Positions 11,091 to 23,700 of a DNA stretch of 64,000 bases are shown here, in pieces. Positions within the stretch are counted from its first letter, which is position 1. The number at the start of each line of letters is the position of its first letter. Both the position numbers and the translations under genes were made by a program. Origin of the DNA: Naegleria gruberi (Eukaryota); assembly GCA_000004985.1 (NCBI GenBank), contig GG738921.1; one strand, given 5' to 3'. The notes beneath the pieces were generated by a model, which was not told where the DNA came from, made no database searches, and saw only the letters and a list, made by a program, of their open reading frames with translations.

Positions 11091-11824
11091 ATGCCTCACG
11101 ATCCTACTCGTCTTCAACATTTAATCAAAAACTATTACAAGTCAGACTTGGAAAAGATTCACAAGAATTATGAAAGAATTTGTGATAGATACAATTTGGA
11201 AAAGAAGGATTTTCTGAATGATGTCTCTCTGTACAATCATTGTGATTTACTGAGCGTTTCCAATATTTATTCAACCATCAGGAACGAATCATTAAAGATT
11301 ATTCCAGTAGACTATGTGGAAACCTTCAAGAAGAGAAAGAGAAATCAAAACACCACCACTTTAGGTGAAGACTCTGACGAAACAGAAGCAAAATCTGCCA
11401 AAACATCATCCGACAAGACCTGTGCTCACTGTGGTGGCTCCGAATTCATCTTTGTTTGTAATGGTAACAGTGATGGCATGTATTTGGAGTTTCCAAATGG
11501 TAGAACAGTCTCTGGACAAACTCCACAGCTGACAGCATTAACAGATGGTGATGGAGTTTCTCTCCATGTTTGTGTTGGTAAGTTTTCTTCTTCATCACTG
11601 GAATGTAATATTGTTATTATTATTTGATGAAAATTCGTGATGATATCTTATGATGATGATTAAAAGGATGTGGAATGGTTCATGGATTCAACTCTACCCA
11701 ACTCAAGAGAGATTTGGAAAGGTACGAATTTGCTCTGGAAGATATGAACGAAGCTGATCAAGATGAATTACTCTTCGAAGAGGATGACAACAACAACAGC
11801 AAGAATAAACTTTCACCATGTTGA
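11091..11824 (+). CDS. Hypothetical protein with Cys-rich C-terminal part; exons 11091..11577 and 11667..11824, intron 11578..11666 (89 nt)
   Basis: ORF MPHDPTRLQHLIKNYY... carries CAHCGGSEFIFVC...HVCVG, then GTAAGT..AAAAG intron, then GCGMVHGFNSTQLKRDLERYEFALEDMNEADQDELLFEEDD..SPC and a stop. The phase-1 junction is consistent. No confident homology. Confidence 0.5.
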
Positions 11825-12033
11825 AGGAAAACAGACTTTACATAATTCACACTTGTTCATTGTATCATTCCCCACTTCAACACCTTGAAGATAAATCTGT
11901 TGAATGTACCTGAAGGAAAATATCAACGTGTAATTCGTTAAAGAATATTTTATTTTTTTTCTAAATTTTTAAAAAAAATCATCAACATTCGTAACGGTAA
12001 CTTTTGTGGTTCCTGAAAGATTGGTCTTCAATT

Positions 12034-13924
12034 TTATTTACTATTCACCAAGACAGGACTAAAGTTACCCTTGAAAGAAACAATGAGTACAAAGGCAATA
12101 ATCAAAAATACAAAATCTGTCCACAAAATAATTGATGGAGCTAGAGGAGTACACAATTGCAACACATTAATATAAACCATGAAGAGAATACTCCACAAAG
12201 TAGTCAATGTACTTGAAATGGTCATGGTCGTAGATGGATGAACTGGATAGGTCGTATAGACAATCATTTGATTCAACAATGGCATTGTAGGTACTGAAAA
12301 CATTCCGATCAATACAAAGGACATTCCAGACAAGACTAACAAGACATCATTCTTCTGCCACAACATTAATATACAGAACCATAGGAAGGCTAAACAAGCA
12401 GAGGCACTGGTAATGATTGTGATGAGTTTGAATTGTTTGGTCTTATCAAAGAGGATACTCAACACGATGGAGGAAATTGTAGCAAAGACAATCAAGATAA
12501 TATTCAAATTACCAGAATCAATGGCTGTATACTTGTTACCCTTGATGATTTGTTCCAAAATATAGATGGATTGGAAGAAGGAATTGATGAGTGTGGAAGC
12601 AGCTAATAACATGAAGAAGGATGGTAATCGGATCAACTTTTTCAAACCAAAGACAAATGTTTGAGGAGGATAAACATCTTTTGGTTCTTCTTGTTTTGTC
12701 TTGGATTGTTTGGTTTCAGCTGCTGATGTTTCAAGGTCTTGATTGGATAATGGTTCTTCAGCAGTGTTGGAACCTTCAGTTAGAGATTGTGTGAGGTCAC
12801 CATTAAAGCCAGGATTGGATTCTTCTTTGGTTGGTTCTGGAGCTATAGCAGGTGGTGTAGGTGGCTTACTCTTAAAGAAGAGCAAAACAAGAAAAACACA
12901 CAAGGTTGCCATTACTCCTTGAATTCCCAAAAAGATGCCAAGGCCCAAATCTGAAATCTTTAAATCCTCTTCACTTTCACTTCCAATGGTCATGAGACGA
13001 GGTCCAACAAGATAGGACAAGAGACTTCCGAATACACCTGAGAACAAGACAACAACCTGCACAACTGTTCTCTCCTTATTTCCAAACCAAAAGACTCCAA
13101 ACAAGTCACCACATTGAGTAATGAATGGTTGTCCACATGCAATGAAGATTTGTCCAATTAATGAAAGCCAAAATGAAGTTTCATTTCCCTATTATCATTC
13201 AAATTGTGGAGGTTGAATATGTGTAAAAAGGATATGTGAAATGTATGAAAACTTACTTGAATACCAATTAATCTAATCCATGCACCAATACATGTCAGTA
13301 TAGAATATATAGAAACACTCCATTTTAAACCAAATCGTTTCAGAACGAATGAAACTAGAAAAGTAATTGGAATAGTTGCAATTAAAAAGACCAAAGAAGT
13401 CATATTAATCTTCCAATTAGCATCAAGGCGGTAAAACTTCATCAATAGAGTTCTAATAGCATGGACAATTTCATTAGGACACCACAAATTACTTTTGTTA
13501 CTAGTACTCACCCTGAAGTTGTATAGGTCGACATGCAAATAATAGAAGTGACCATACATAATGCAAATATTGCTAATTGAAACCATCTTCTAATGTATAA
13601 TTTAGGTTCTTGAGTTTGTTCTTGTTGTTGATGTTGACTCGGAAGAGGGGAGGACAAAATCTCTTCCTGTTGTTGTTCATCTTGTGCCTGCAAGCTACCA
13701 TTATTAAGGGATGGATAGGAACCATCAAGCTCCTCTTTATATTGCAGAGTTTGATGAGGTTGCCTTCTCTCATCAAGGAGTTGTTCCCCGACATCTACTT
13801 CATATTGGTGATCTTTCATCATGCGACACTGCTGAATGGTGTAGTGAACTCTTTTTTTAAATAGTGAAATCATTTGTTGCTGGATCATCATTCTATCTCT
13901 CTTTGGATGTTTGTGCGCAGTCAT
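12034..13924 (-). CDS. Major facilitator superfamily transporter, FLVCR/SLC49-like; exons 13512..13924, 13257..13452, 12034..13188; introns 13453..13511 (59 nt) and 13189..13256 (68 nt)
   Basis: After a Q-rich N-terminus: RRWFQLAIFALCM..TLLMKFYRLDANWKINMTSLVFLIATIPITFLVSFVLKRFGLKWSVSIYSILTCIGAWIRLIGIQ|GNETSFWLSLIGQIFIACGQPFITQ. There are about 12 predicted TM helices and a long central hydrophilic loop. Splice junctions are GTGAGT..ATTAG and GTAAGT..AATAG, and the phases are consistent, giving a 588-aa product. Confidence 0.7.
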
Positions 13925-14160
13925 GATGATGTTGAGTTCTTCTTTGGGTGTGTGAATTGTTTATTAAGGAAGATTAAGGGGTTAGATTCTGCTTGAGGAG
14001 GAAGAGGATGAGGGTTTATTCAACTTTCCAATTATCATGGTTGGATGGGGGTGGTAGCGAGAAGGAAAAGGAATTATGATAGATCAAACAAAGCAGATAT
14101 GTCCCATGTATGTTATCATGTTAAGATAAAGATGCATAATGGTGATGAAGATAACATTGT

Positions 14161-15953
14161 TCATCTCAGATAAATATCACCATTCTTTTTGAATAGCTGA
14201 TAGAGGTAGGCATCTCTTTGAGGAATTGGAAAACCATTCCTTTCATTCTCCTTCAAGTATTTGAGTCCAAGCTTGTAGAATTTACTGGCTCGGTTGGTAA
14301 TGACCTTGTCCATCATTAATTTTGGAATGGATCCTTTCATGTCAATATAGTAAATCTCATGGAATTTAGTTTCATTTTCCGAGAGGGATTCAAAGAACCA
14401 ACCGCCCACTACACATGCCTTAATGATTTTCTTTTTGGATTTCTCTTGTTTTTCATTGTGTAATTGGTGCTCTGGATTTTCTTCCAAACACAACGAGTCA
14501 CAACTCTTGAATCCTATAATGTACAGATTGCTCACTCGATCGTGTACTGAGCTGGTGCAGACAATGATTTCTCGATCCTTGATTGGCCAAATGAGTTTGT
14601 ACTTTTCATGATTTATGACTGATGTGAAGAGTTTGTCCTTTGTTTGAATGTGAGGCTCTTCAACATATTTCACCGTTTGAATATCATAAATGTACTCATC
14701 TATCTTTTGTCTATATTCTTGATTGGTAAAAGTTTTCAAAACTTGTTTTACATTGTAAGGAAAGAGAATTTCAAATTTGAAAAATTTCAATCCAACACTA
14801 TTTCCAAAATCATACTTGTCTTTTGTAAAGTAGCACTTGTATTGTTTCTGATTGACTGCCAAAATCCATTCTCTATTGTTGATAGTTTCTCCACAAAACA
14901 CTTTTCTTTTAAGGAAGGCAAAATCACCAAGTGAAAAGTTTTGATTTTTCAAATCGGCCATTGATTCAACAGCCATATACTCTATACCTTCTTTGAGGGT
15001 CCCAATTTCATGTAGAATATCAATGGTCTTGCCACTTTTTATCAAGTAATTATGAAACAAGTCACTTTTCAAAAAACCATGGAAATAATTCAACTTGAGT
15101 GATTCGTGAATAAACATTTCAACCTTTCTAAACAAGTTTTCTGGATTATCGGCATGCTCTTGGAAACACTTTTTGAATGAATTGATGGTTTTCTCTTTCA
15201 AAGTGTGTGGTAAATTGATTCTTTAGGTGAAATATTGCAAATGAAAGTTTCAATAATGCTATTGGCAATTTTCTCAACCTTTTCGAATTTTTCCATTGTT
15301 ACAAAAGAGCTAGACATCCGATCGTAATTTTTGTCTGAAATGTTGTGTGGAATCATTACACCGTTGTGAGCTATTTCATCACTGTCAATGACATCTAGAA
15401 ATGTCATTGAAATTCCATCATGTGACAGCTCATCCTCATGGGATTCAACAGATGAAAGAGAAACATTGGAAATTACAGAAGAGGAAGTATTCTTTCCTTC
15501 AATCAGTGAAGGGGGATTGAAACTAGAGGGAGTGGACGAAACCAAATACTGTTTACATATAAATCTGTAATGTTTGGCGCTTTCCAAGAATTCTACAGCT
15601 TCTTCCATCTTTTTAGTTAGTAGAAACTGCTTAAATATCGAATAGATTTGTTTGTGAGTGATAACTGCTTCGTAGCTGTAATGGAAATTCGAAAGATCTT
15701 GTTCATCAATCACTTTACTATTCGAATGTTGTTTTGATGAGGAAGATGCTGAAGATATATCATCTCTGGAATGCTCAATCTCATATCCCTCGTCTATATC
15801 AAGTAAATGTTGAGTGGAAAAGAATTTTCCTGGTAAATGTGAAGTTTGGCTGATAGTTGTGGACATTGAAGACATGGGTAAAAGATCAAGGTGTGATGGT
15901 TCACTGTTGCTCTTGAAGGCAGAAGTGTGATGCATGGTTTGACTTGATGGCAT
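14161..15953 (-). CDS. RGS domain + START (lipid-binding) domain protein; reading frame broken by an apparent 1-nt frameshift inside the RGS domain near 15198-15201 (possible pseudogene or assembly indel)
   Basis: Upstream ORF (15198..15953) encodes the RGS N-half: IYSIFKQFLLTKKMEEAVEFLESAKHY, IIETFICNISPKESIY. Downstream ORF (14161..15201) continues without any gap in the RGS alignment: KEKTINSFKKCFQEHADNPENLFRKVEMFIHESLKLNYFHGFLKS. It then has a START-like C-terminus, DMKGSIPKLMMDKVITNRASKFYKLGLKYL. There is no GT donor or room for an intron at the frame change. Confidence 0.6.
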
Positions 15954-16088
15954 TTTGTTTTTTCAAAGAAAAGTCATTTCAGTAAGTTTCGCCGTAAAGC
16001 AGGTTCTAATTGGTTAAATTTTGAAATCCTATTTAAGGCAAAAGACCGCCATTAGGTTATATCAGTGATTTTGAGATCTCAATCGTAA

Positions 16089-16160
16089 GCCGCTATAGCT
16101 CAGAGGAAGAGCTTCGATCTCCTAAGTCGAAGGTCGCCGGTTCGAGCCCGGCTAGTGGTA
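16089..16160 (+). tRNA. tRNA-Arg(CCU)
   Basis: GCCGCTA TA GCTC AGAGGAA GAGC T TCGAT CTCCTAA GTCGA AGGTC GCCGG TTCGAGC CCGGC TAGTGGT A. Cloverleaf with anticodon CCT flanked by T33 and A37, and a canonical GGTTCGAGCC T-arm. The acceptor stem has two G-U pairs. Confidence 0.75.
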
Positions 16161-16734
16161 TAATTTTTTATTTTTGTCCATTTTCCATCGACCTTTTCAC
16201 GAGTCTTTGATGTATTTTTCATCCTTCAAGTTTGCTCCTTAATTATTAGTACATTTATGAGAAATGAATATTTAAATTGATTTTAAATTGTAAAAAAATA
16301 TTTCTAATAATTTCTTCTTGATTGTTCTCGTCTAATAATCCTTGACCAAGAATTCTTTCCATCTATTTGCAAACCTAAATTCATTCTATCATGTAATATT
16401 GCTCTATTTCATTGTACTTATTCAAGAAGTTTCACTCATTTCAGGCATTAGGAAGATTTCTAATATCAATGGCAATATTATATTGTTTCGAACCCTTTTT
16501 GGCTAATTCATCAACATGTCCTTTTACCTTTTCCAATTTAATTTCCAAATATTGTTCTATCAAATTCATCTTTAAAAATTGAAAATTTCCCATCATATCT
16601 TGGATTTAGAAATAACATAATGAAGGAGAAAGCAAAAAGAAAAAACTTGTGGCAGAGAAACGATAACTATGGACTTGGAACATTGCAATCACGATTTGGT
16701 TGTAAATCTATTCATTCAAACATCCTGCTTCCTC

Positions 16735-18040
16735 TTATTCCTCTTCTGCTTCCTCTTCTCTATTGTATCCAAATGGATGACAAGTTTTTCTACTCATTAA
16801 GGCAAGACAACAATTTACAACATATTCATAGTAAGGCTTTCCATCTACATGGGTTAGTTTGGGTTGATAGTAGGCTCTTTGTATTGTGCTTCCTGAACTT
16901 GTAAGTGATTGAAATGTATTTTTGAAAACATAGAATGATTCTGTGTGGAAATCAGAATTTGCAAATATTGCTTTAACTTTGATTGATTCCAATTCGTTTT
17001 CTTTGTCATTGTAATCAAATGAAGATAGATATAGGTATATTGATGAGTTTTCTCTAAAATCCTTAACCTCTGTTAATTATCGCGTAGAGAAATACAGTGT
17101 TTGTAACTAATTTCATAAAACTACTTACTTTTGGCAACACCCAAGTGATCGAAACAAGCTGAAAACTTGGCCCCAAATGCTGTGAACTTATCTGAATAAC
17201 AACATCTATCAATATTATCAGGACTAACACGAAATGTCAAAGTATGTATGGATAATGGAAACTCTGCTGCCCATCTATGAACAATAGGAGGATAATTAGT
17301 TGAGGATAATTCCTTTCTTCCAACATGGAACATTTCAATATTGTTGAAAGGTTTGAATGGTTCTTCCTCAACTTTCTTCATCCCAACCACAAATTTAAAC
17401 TTGAGAAAATCATCATCATCTGTTGAGTAAGCGGCAATATGAGTCTTATCAAGAAATACTCCATAAGATGCTTCAGGCATAATGAATTTTCTGCTGTGAA
17501 CAAGATAGGATTGAGGTTCTAGATCAAAATTACAAATAAAAAAGTCGAGTCTTATTCTATCAAATACCTGTTGCTTATTCTCTACTGGAATTGTGGAATT
17601 AAGTGTTAAAAATACTGTAGAATTGCCCAAACATTCATCTTCATCATCTGTTTCCGATTAGACAATTAGAAAATTAATAAAACGCAACATACCTGGCAGA
17701 AGGTCCACAACCCACTCGTGTCCAAACTGTATGAAAGGTTCAGAATAATAGCTAGTATTAAAAGGGCCAGTTTTTGGTACCTTAACATCTGCAATATGAA
17801 TGGTATAATCTTTTTTCTGTGGTGGAATATTCTCCTGCACAAATTGGTAAAGGTCTTCTCCTATAGGTTTCAATATTGGCTCAATTTCTGTTTCTGTGAA
17901 CTCTGTATCTATTTTTGCTTTCTTTTCTGCAATAAGTTCTAAGGTTTTCTTAGAAGATTTGAAAAATTCATTGGACATAACTAGGTTGATAAAGTCCAAA
18001 ATGCTATCATTTTGTGGGAAATGATCCACTACTGCAATAA
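16735..18040 (-). CDS. Hypothetical protein, at least 3 exons (approx 17658..18040, 17129..17630, 16735..17069; introns approx 17631..17657 region and 17070..17128); 5' end runs into N-gap 18041-18828 and may be the 3' part of the F-box/LRR gene
   Basis: Long ORFs 17658..18029, 17121..17630 and 16735..16992 are joined in frame by GTATGT/GTAAGT..ACAG introns: ..HLGVAK|(K)VKDFRENSS..ESIKVKAIFANSDFHTESFYVF... The first ORF stays open into the gap. No recognisable domain. Confidence 0.4.
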
Positions 18041-18828
18041 NNNNNNNNNNNNNNNNNNNNNNNNNNNNNNNNNNNNNNNNNNNNNNNNNNNNNNNNNNNN
18101 NNNNNNNNNNNNNNNNNNNNNNNNNNNNNNNNNNNNNNNNNNNNNNNNNNNNNNNNNNNNNNNNNNNNNNNNNNNNNNNNNNNNNNNNNNNNNNNNNNNN
18201 NNNNNNNNNNNNNNNNNNNNNNNNNNNNNNNNNNNNNNNNNNNNNNNNNNNNNNNNNNNNNNNNNNNNNNNNNNNNNNNNNNNNNNNNNNNNNNNNNNNN
18301 NNNNNNNNNNNNNNNNNNNNNNNNNNNNNNNNNNNNNNNNNNNNNNNNNNNNNNNNNNNNNNNNNNNNNNNNNNNNNNNNNNNNNNNNNNNNNNNNNNNN
18401 NNNNNNNNNNNNNNNNNNNNNNNNNNNNNNNNNNNNNNNNNNNNNNNNNNNNNNNNNNNNNNNNNNNNNNNNNNNNNNNNNNNNNNNNNNNNNNNNNNNN
18501 NNNNNNNNNNNNNNNNNNNNNNNNNNNNNNNNNNNNNNNNNNNNNNNNNNNNNNNNNNNNNNNNNNNNNNNNNNNNNNNNNNNNNNNNNNNNNNNNNNNN
18601 NNNNNNNNNNNNNNNNNNNNNNNNNNNNNNNNNNNNNNNNNNNNNNNNNNNNNNNNNNNNNNNNNNNNNNNNNNNNNNNNNNNNNNNNNNNNNNNNNNNN
18701 NNNNNNNNNNNNNNNNNNNNNNNNNNNNNNNNNNNNNNNNNNNNNNNNNNNNNNNNNNNNNNNNNNNNNNNNNNNNNNNNNNNNNNNNNNNNNNNNNNNN
18801 NNNNNNNNNNNNNNNNNNNNNNNNNNNN

Positions 18829-20288
18829 CAACATTCTCGTTGGTTACCCTTACATTAAGAACCTTTAGAGAACTCCTAGGTAAATGAGGAATAACTGAAG
18901 CTTCAAAGGCCTCACCTAAAACTTCTTCCAGTTTGCAATTTACTATTGCTTGGATATTTTGATGAATAATTTTATCTTCGAACTGTTCACCTTGCAGATC
19001 CAAAATTTTTAAATCTTCACAGTCATGGAAAAAGAATGGTTCCTCTTCAATATCAATATAAGTATCAGTATGGTACAGCAGTTTTTCCAAATGTTGTCCT
19101 ATTAAAGCCTTAACAACATTAAAACAAATTATTTCGTTAGTACCTCCATAAATTTTAAGAATTCTGAGTTGTAAACAACTTTTCAATTGTTCCAAAATAT
19201 CTTCTTTTAAAATTGTAAATTGAAAATTTCTCGGAAATTGTAATGTTAATTTAGACAACTTAGAGAGATTACAGAGACAACCTAGCAATGTATCTAACTC
19301 ATATGAGGGATCATATTCATTAGTGAAAACAACATTCAATCTTTCTAATGTTCTTGAAAGGAGACCCAAATTCTTTTGAAGATTCAATATTGTTTCATCA
19401 GAAGTTGATTTCCATGCCACCTTGAGCTTTTTCAAATGGGAGAATGAATTAGATGAAAATACTGAAAAGAATGAACCAGTTATATTTGATAGTGTGTCTC
19501 GAGCAAAGAGGGAAAATTTTTCAATCTTTTGTGAAACATTGGAAAGTACTAATGACAGGATAGAATCATCAAAATAACTAGGGTTGATAACCAAAACTGT
19601 TAAATTTGGACATTGTTGTGTGATATCCTCAATATTCTTGCGTGTTAGTGGATAGTTAGAACGAAACTCTGTCAAAGATTGAGGAAACCCAATCACGGTT
19701 TGATCCATTTCTTCTTCATGGAGCTTTCGTTCAGATACAAGACGCATCAACTCGAGAGTTTTTAAATTTTTAAACTCTTTCAACAAGTGAAAATATTCAG
19801 TTTTAAGATTAGTAAGTGTCAATACTTTCAAAGATTCCAACAATGGACTTGCATTCATTATCCACTCAACAATGAAACTTCCAGACACGCAAGTTGCAGC
19901 ACTCAACCTCAACTCTTCCATTGACAATCGTCCAAGCTCACACAAACCCACATCTAAAAAAGCATATATTAATCGACCATTCATAAATAATAATAATAAA
20001 TTGATAACAATTACCTGTTAATGACCAGAAATCCAAAGAATTGAATGTAAACAAATCAATAACCTTCAATCGTTTCATCTTGATCAGTAAATTATCCACA
20101 ACTCCTCCGATCCTATGATTATCCAATCCGATGTGAATAAAGTATTGAGTCTTGTTATTCAGGAAATAATACCAGATCCACTCGGCAAAAGTCTTTGAAA
20201 TAAATCTCATCTGCAGCAAGTGGTATTCATTGAAAAAACATAGCAAGTGTTCGGCACACAAATCACAAGGTAAATTCTGAATTTTCAT
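18829..20288 (-). CDS. F-box / leucine-rich-repeat protein; exon 1 20015..20288 (F-box), intron 19954..20014 (61 nt), exon 2 18829..19953 (LRR), 3' end continues into N-gap 18041-18828
   Basis: Exon 1 carries the F-box LPCDLCAEHLLCFFNEYHLLQMRFISKTFAEWI. Exon 2 carries ~12 LRR-like units: LKVLTLTNLK, LKTLELMRL, LTVLVINPS, LKKLKVAWK, LSKLTLQFP, LQLRILKIYG, LKILDLQGE, LKVLNVRVTNE. The GTAATT..TTTTTTAG junction is phase-consistent. Confidence 0.65.
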
Positions 20289-20727
20289 TTTTTTTTTTGA
20301 TTTGACAGGAAATCTTTGTTAAACTGGAATGAAATTGTAATATCTAAATAATTTAAATATTAAATTATTTAATATTTAAATATTTCAATTTTACATGATA
20401 CAATTGAGGGATCTGATCTATTCTTAAATTCATCCTCAAAATATTTGTTTTGAATGAAATTTGAAAATGTCAACAAATAATTGGTTGTTTGACCTACAAC
20501 AAATTAAGGATGATATGATGATAAATAACAATGATGATGGTTGGTAGTTGTTCCGATGGTGATGTACCAACTTGAATTTTTTCCTAATAATAAAATAATT
20601 TCCAAATCATGATGAAGGATTAATTCCAAAAATTGCAATTATTACTATTATTTAAATGATGATGAGATGATGTGGTGAAATTCTTGGAGTTAATAGATGT
20701 GAAACTACTCCAAGAATCAACAGAGTC

Positions 20728-23700
20728 GTGATGGACTGGTTGTTGCCAATATTTTTGACTTTTTCATTCTTTTCAAAATTGAAAAAAATGTTGAAGAGAA
20801 CAAGTACCAGCCTTCAACCCAAGAGAAAATTCGGAGGCTCTCTCCTATCAACAGTGCACAATACCAATGGCACCAACTCTAGGGCAACCAATAGAATTAA
20901 TCATCATGTTGGTTGTCTTTTTTCGAATCCTTCCGTTGGCTTTCATTCAACTATGGGAATTAATTCATCATCATCATCGAATATTAGTACAACAACAACA
21001 TCATCTAATACTACTACTACTTCGAGTAAAAGAACATCAAATAATAATAATATTCAATCGATTAATATTGGAAATATTAATTTATATTCATCAACATCCG
21101 TTCAGGAAGGTGAACAAACAATAGAGCAAGAATTGTTAATACCAAATTATTCATTATTTGGAGAGGATGTTTCACAATTGGATCAACAGAAGGACATTCT
21201 TTCACATCTCAAGTGGATGGCAATGAAGGATAAGATGAAACAGGACATGTTTTTGATTGGACATTACGGAGAATTGAAGAGACATTTGGCATTTACATAT
21301 TGCCAGTTGGCTAGAAGAAGTGTGGAATATGTTTGTATCACTAAAGATACAAGTGAACACGATTTTAAACAAAGAAGAGAAATAGAGACAGGTTCTGCTT
21401 TTTATGTGGATCAAGCTGCTGTTAGAGCTGCAAAGAATGGCTCAGTTTTGATTTTGGAAGGAATTGAAAAGGCAGATCTCAACATTTTGCCAATTTTGAA
21501 TAATCTGATGGAGAATAGAGAAATGGCCCTCGAATCTGGAACCATGCTCATCTCTCCACAACGTTATAAACAATTAATCGAAGAGGAGGGGAAAACACCA
21601 GAAGAATTAAAATTAATGAAGATTGAACCAGTTCATGAAGATTTTAGAATTATTGCTATGGGATTGCCTGTTCCATATTATGATGGAAATACTTTGGACC
21701 CTCCATTGAGATCGAGATTTAATGCTAGAGTTATTGATTTACCATCAATGGAGTCAATCTTCAGTTCCTTGGTCAATCATAGAACCAATGACCAAGTTCT
21801 TTCATTTCTCAGCAATGAACAAAAGAAGAGTCTCTTCTTGTCTCTCATTCAATTCACTCAGTCTATTGTCCATTTGGATAACATGCTGATGAATAGTAAG
21901 GATGCTGTAAATACCAATAGCAAGACTGGCTCTATTGAATTGCTCCCAAGATTTCCAATCGATAATTTGAAGAATTTAATTGAAATGTTGAATGATTACA
22001 GATCGATATTTGCTTCCTCTGTTGAGAATGTCGAAAGTCTCATCCATACCTTATATCCTTTCGAACTCTTCATGTCGAGAGAGAAGGACAAATCTGAAGA
22101 TGAAAAATTAGAGCAAAACAAAATGATTGAAATTATTAAGGAGCAATTGAAGGAGTGCTCGACCAAAATTCATGAAATAATTTCTCAAGATTTCTCTCCA
22201 GCATCATCTTCTGACCAGAAACAAGAATTAATTGGAAATCTTTTATCTCAAGCTAAGGCCACTCACTTTAAAGATATTGGATTTGTTCTGATTGAAAAAC
22301 ATAGACAAGTTCTCACTGAAATGATGAGATCTCATTTGTGTGGAAAGGATATGTGCTTGATTGGAGGCAAGGGTTCAGGAAAATCACTCATTTCTCATGC
22401 CTTTGCAAGTATGGTTGGCTACAAGGCAGTTGTCTTTCCAATGTACAAGGAAATGACTTCGAAGGATTTGCTACAAAAAAGAGGAACAGACTCGGCAGGT
22501 AATACCATTTGGAAAAATTCAGTGCTCATTGACTCAATGATTGATGGCTCGCTGTGTATCTTGGACGGCATTGATAGAATGAGTACAGATATTTTGCTTT
22601 CCATTCAAACTCTTATTCAAGATCGTGTATTGTACTTGTTCAATGGAAATCGTTATGTTTCACATGAATATTATGACAAGTTCCTTTCTCAAGGATTTAC
22701 CAAAGAAGAGTTGAGCAGCAAGGGAATTTATAGAATTCATGAGGATTTTAGAATTATTGCTATCGGATTAAATGATTCCCTCAAGTGGCTCTCATTAGAA
22801 TTATTCAACTTGTTCCATTTCCATACTGTTCCAAAACTTTCCATTGAAGAGGAGGTAGATTTGTTGAGTTCTAGAGTTGGAGCTGATGCATCTAGCCAAA
22901 ATTTGATTAATGCCCTAATCAGAATCAAGAATGATTACAATAACACAGAATTCAACCAAGACCAGCGTTTAATTTCCATGAGAGATTTGATTAGAATTGT
23001 CAAGAGAAGTATGATTTTCAAGGATGAATGCATTTTGACCGCCATAGAAAGAACTACCATGACCTACTTGTTACCAAAGCACCATTTGGAATTATTAAGA
23101 AAATTGGCTATCAAGTACAAGGTTTCACACAATCAAAACACCCCAACTGATAAGCCAGTTCATATCGAAAAGACTGACACTCACATACAAATGGATGATA
23201 TCAAAGTTCCAATTAATTTAAATGCCAATTTATTACTGGTTCCAAAGCCATACTTTGTGCAGACAGAACAACATGCCATTGTGATGAAAGCCATGCTCAA
23301 GGATCATCTCATTGGTGATCACAGTTTACTCATTGGCTATCAAGGTGTTGGTAAAAACAAGATTACAGATCAATTTTTAAATTTGCTCCAATGTGAAAGA
23401 GAGTACATGCAACTCCATCGTGACATTACCATTGCTTCTCTGACAGTTCAACCTTCTGTTGTGGATGGAGTTTTGACCTACATTGATTCTCCACTTGTTA
23501 AAGCTGTTCGCCACGGAAGAATTCTAGTTTTGGATGAAATTGATAAGGCACCTTTGGAAGTTGTTTCAATTTTAAAGTCACTAGTTGAGGATGGAAATAT
23601 GGTTCTCGGAGATGGAAGAACAATTGTAACCATGAAGGAATATCAAAAGAGAAAGCAACAAAATGATCCACATTTACACAAACTCTTACCAATCATGAAG

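Noticed and set aside
16620-16904. ORF 16620..16904 (+) next to tRNA-Arg.
   Set aside because: It overlaps the better-supported minus-strand terminal exon 16735..17069, which is spliced in frame to upstream exons.
18007-19984. Very long ORFs consisting mostly of X, reported in the ORF track: 18007..18834, 18012..18887, 18029..19984, 50519..50902, 51861..52414, 57882..62156, 57930..62128.
   Set aside because: They are translations of N-runs, i.e. scaffold gaps. Only their real-sequence edges were used: the LRR gene 18829..19984, and the start of HECT copy B at 57925 and upstream.
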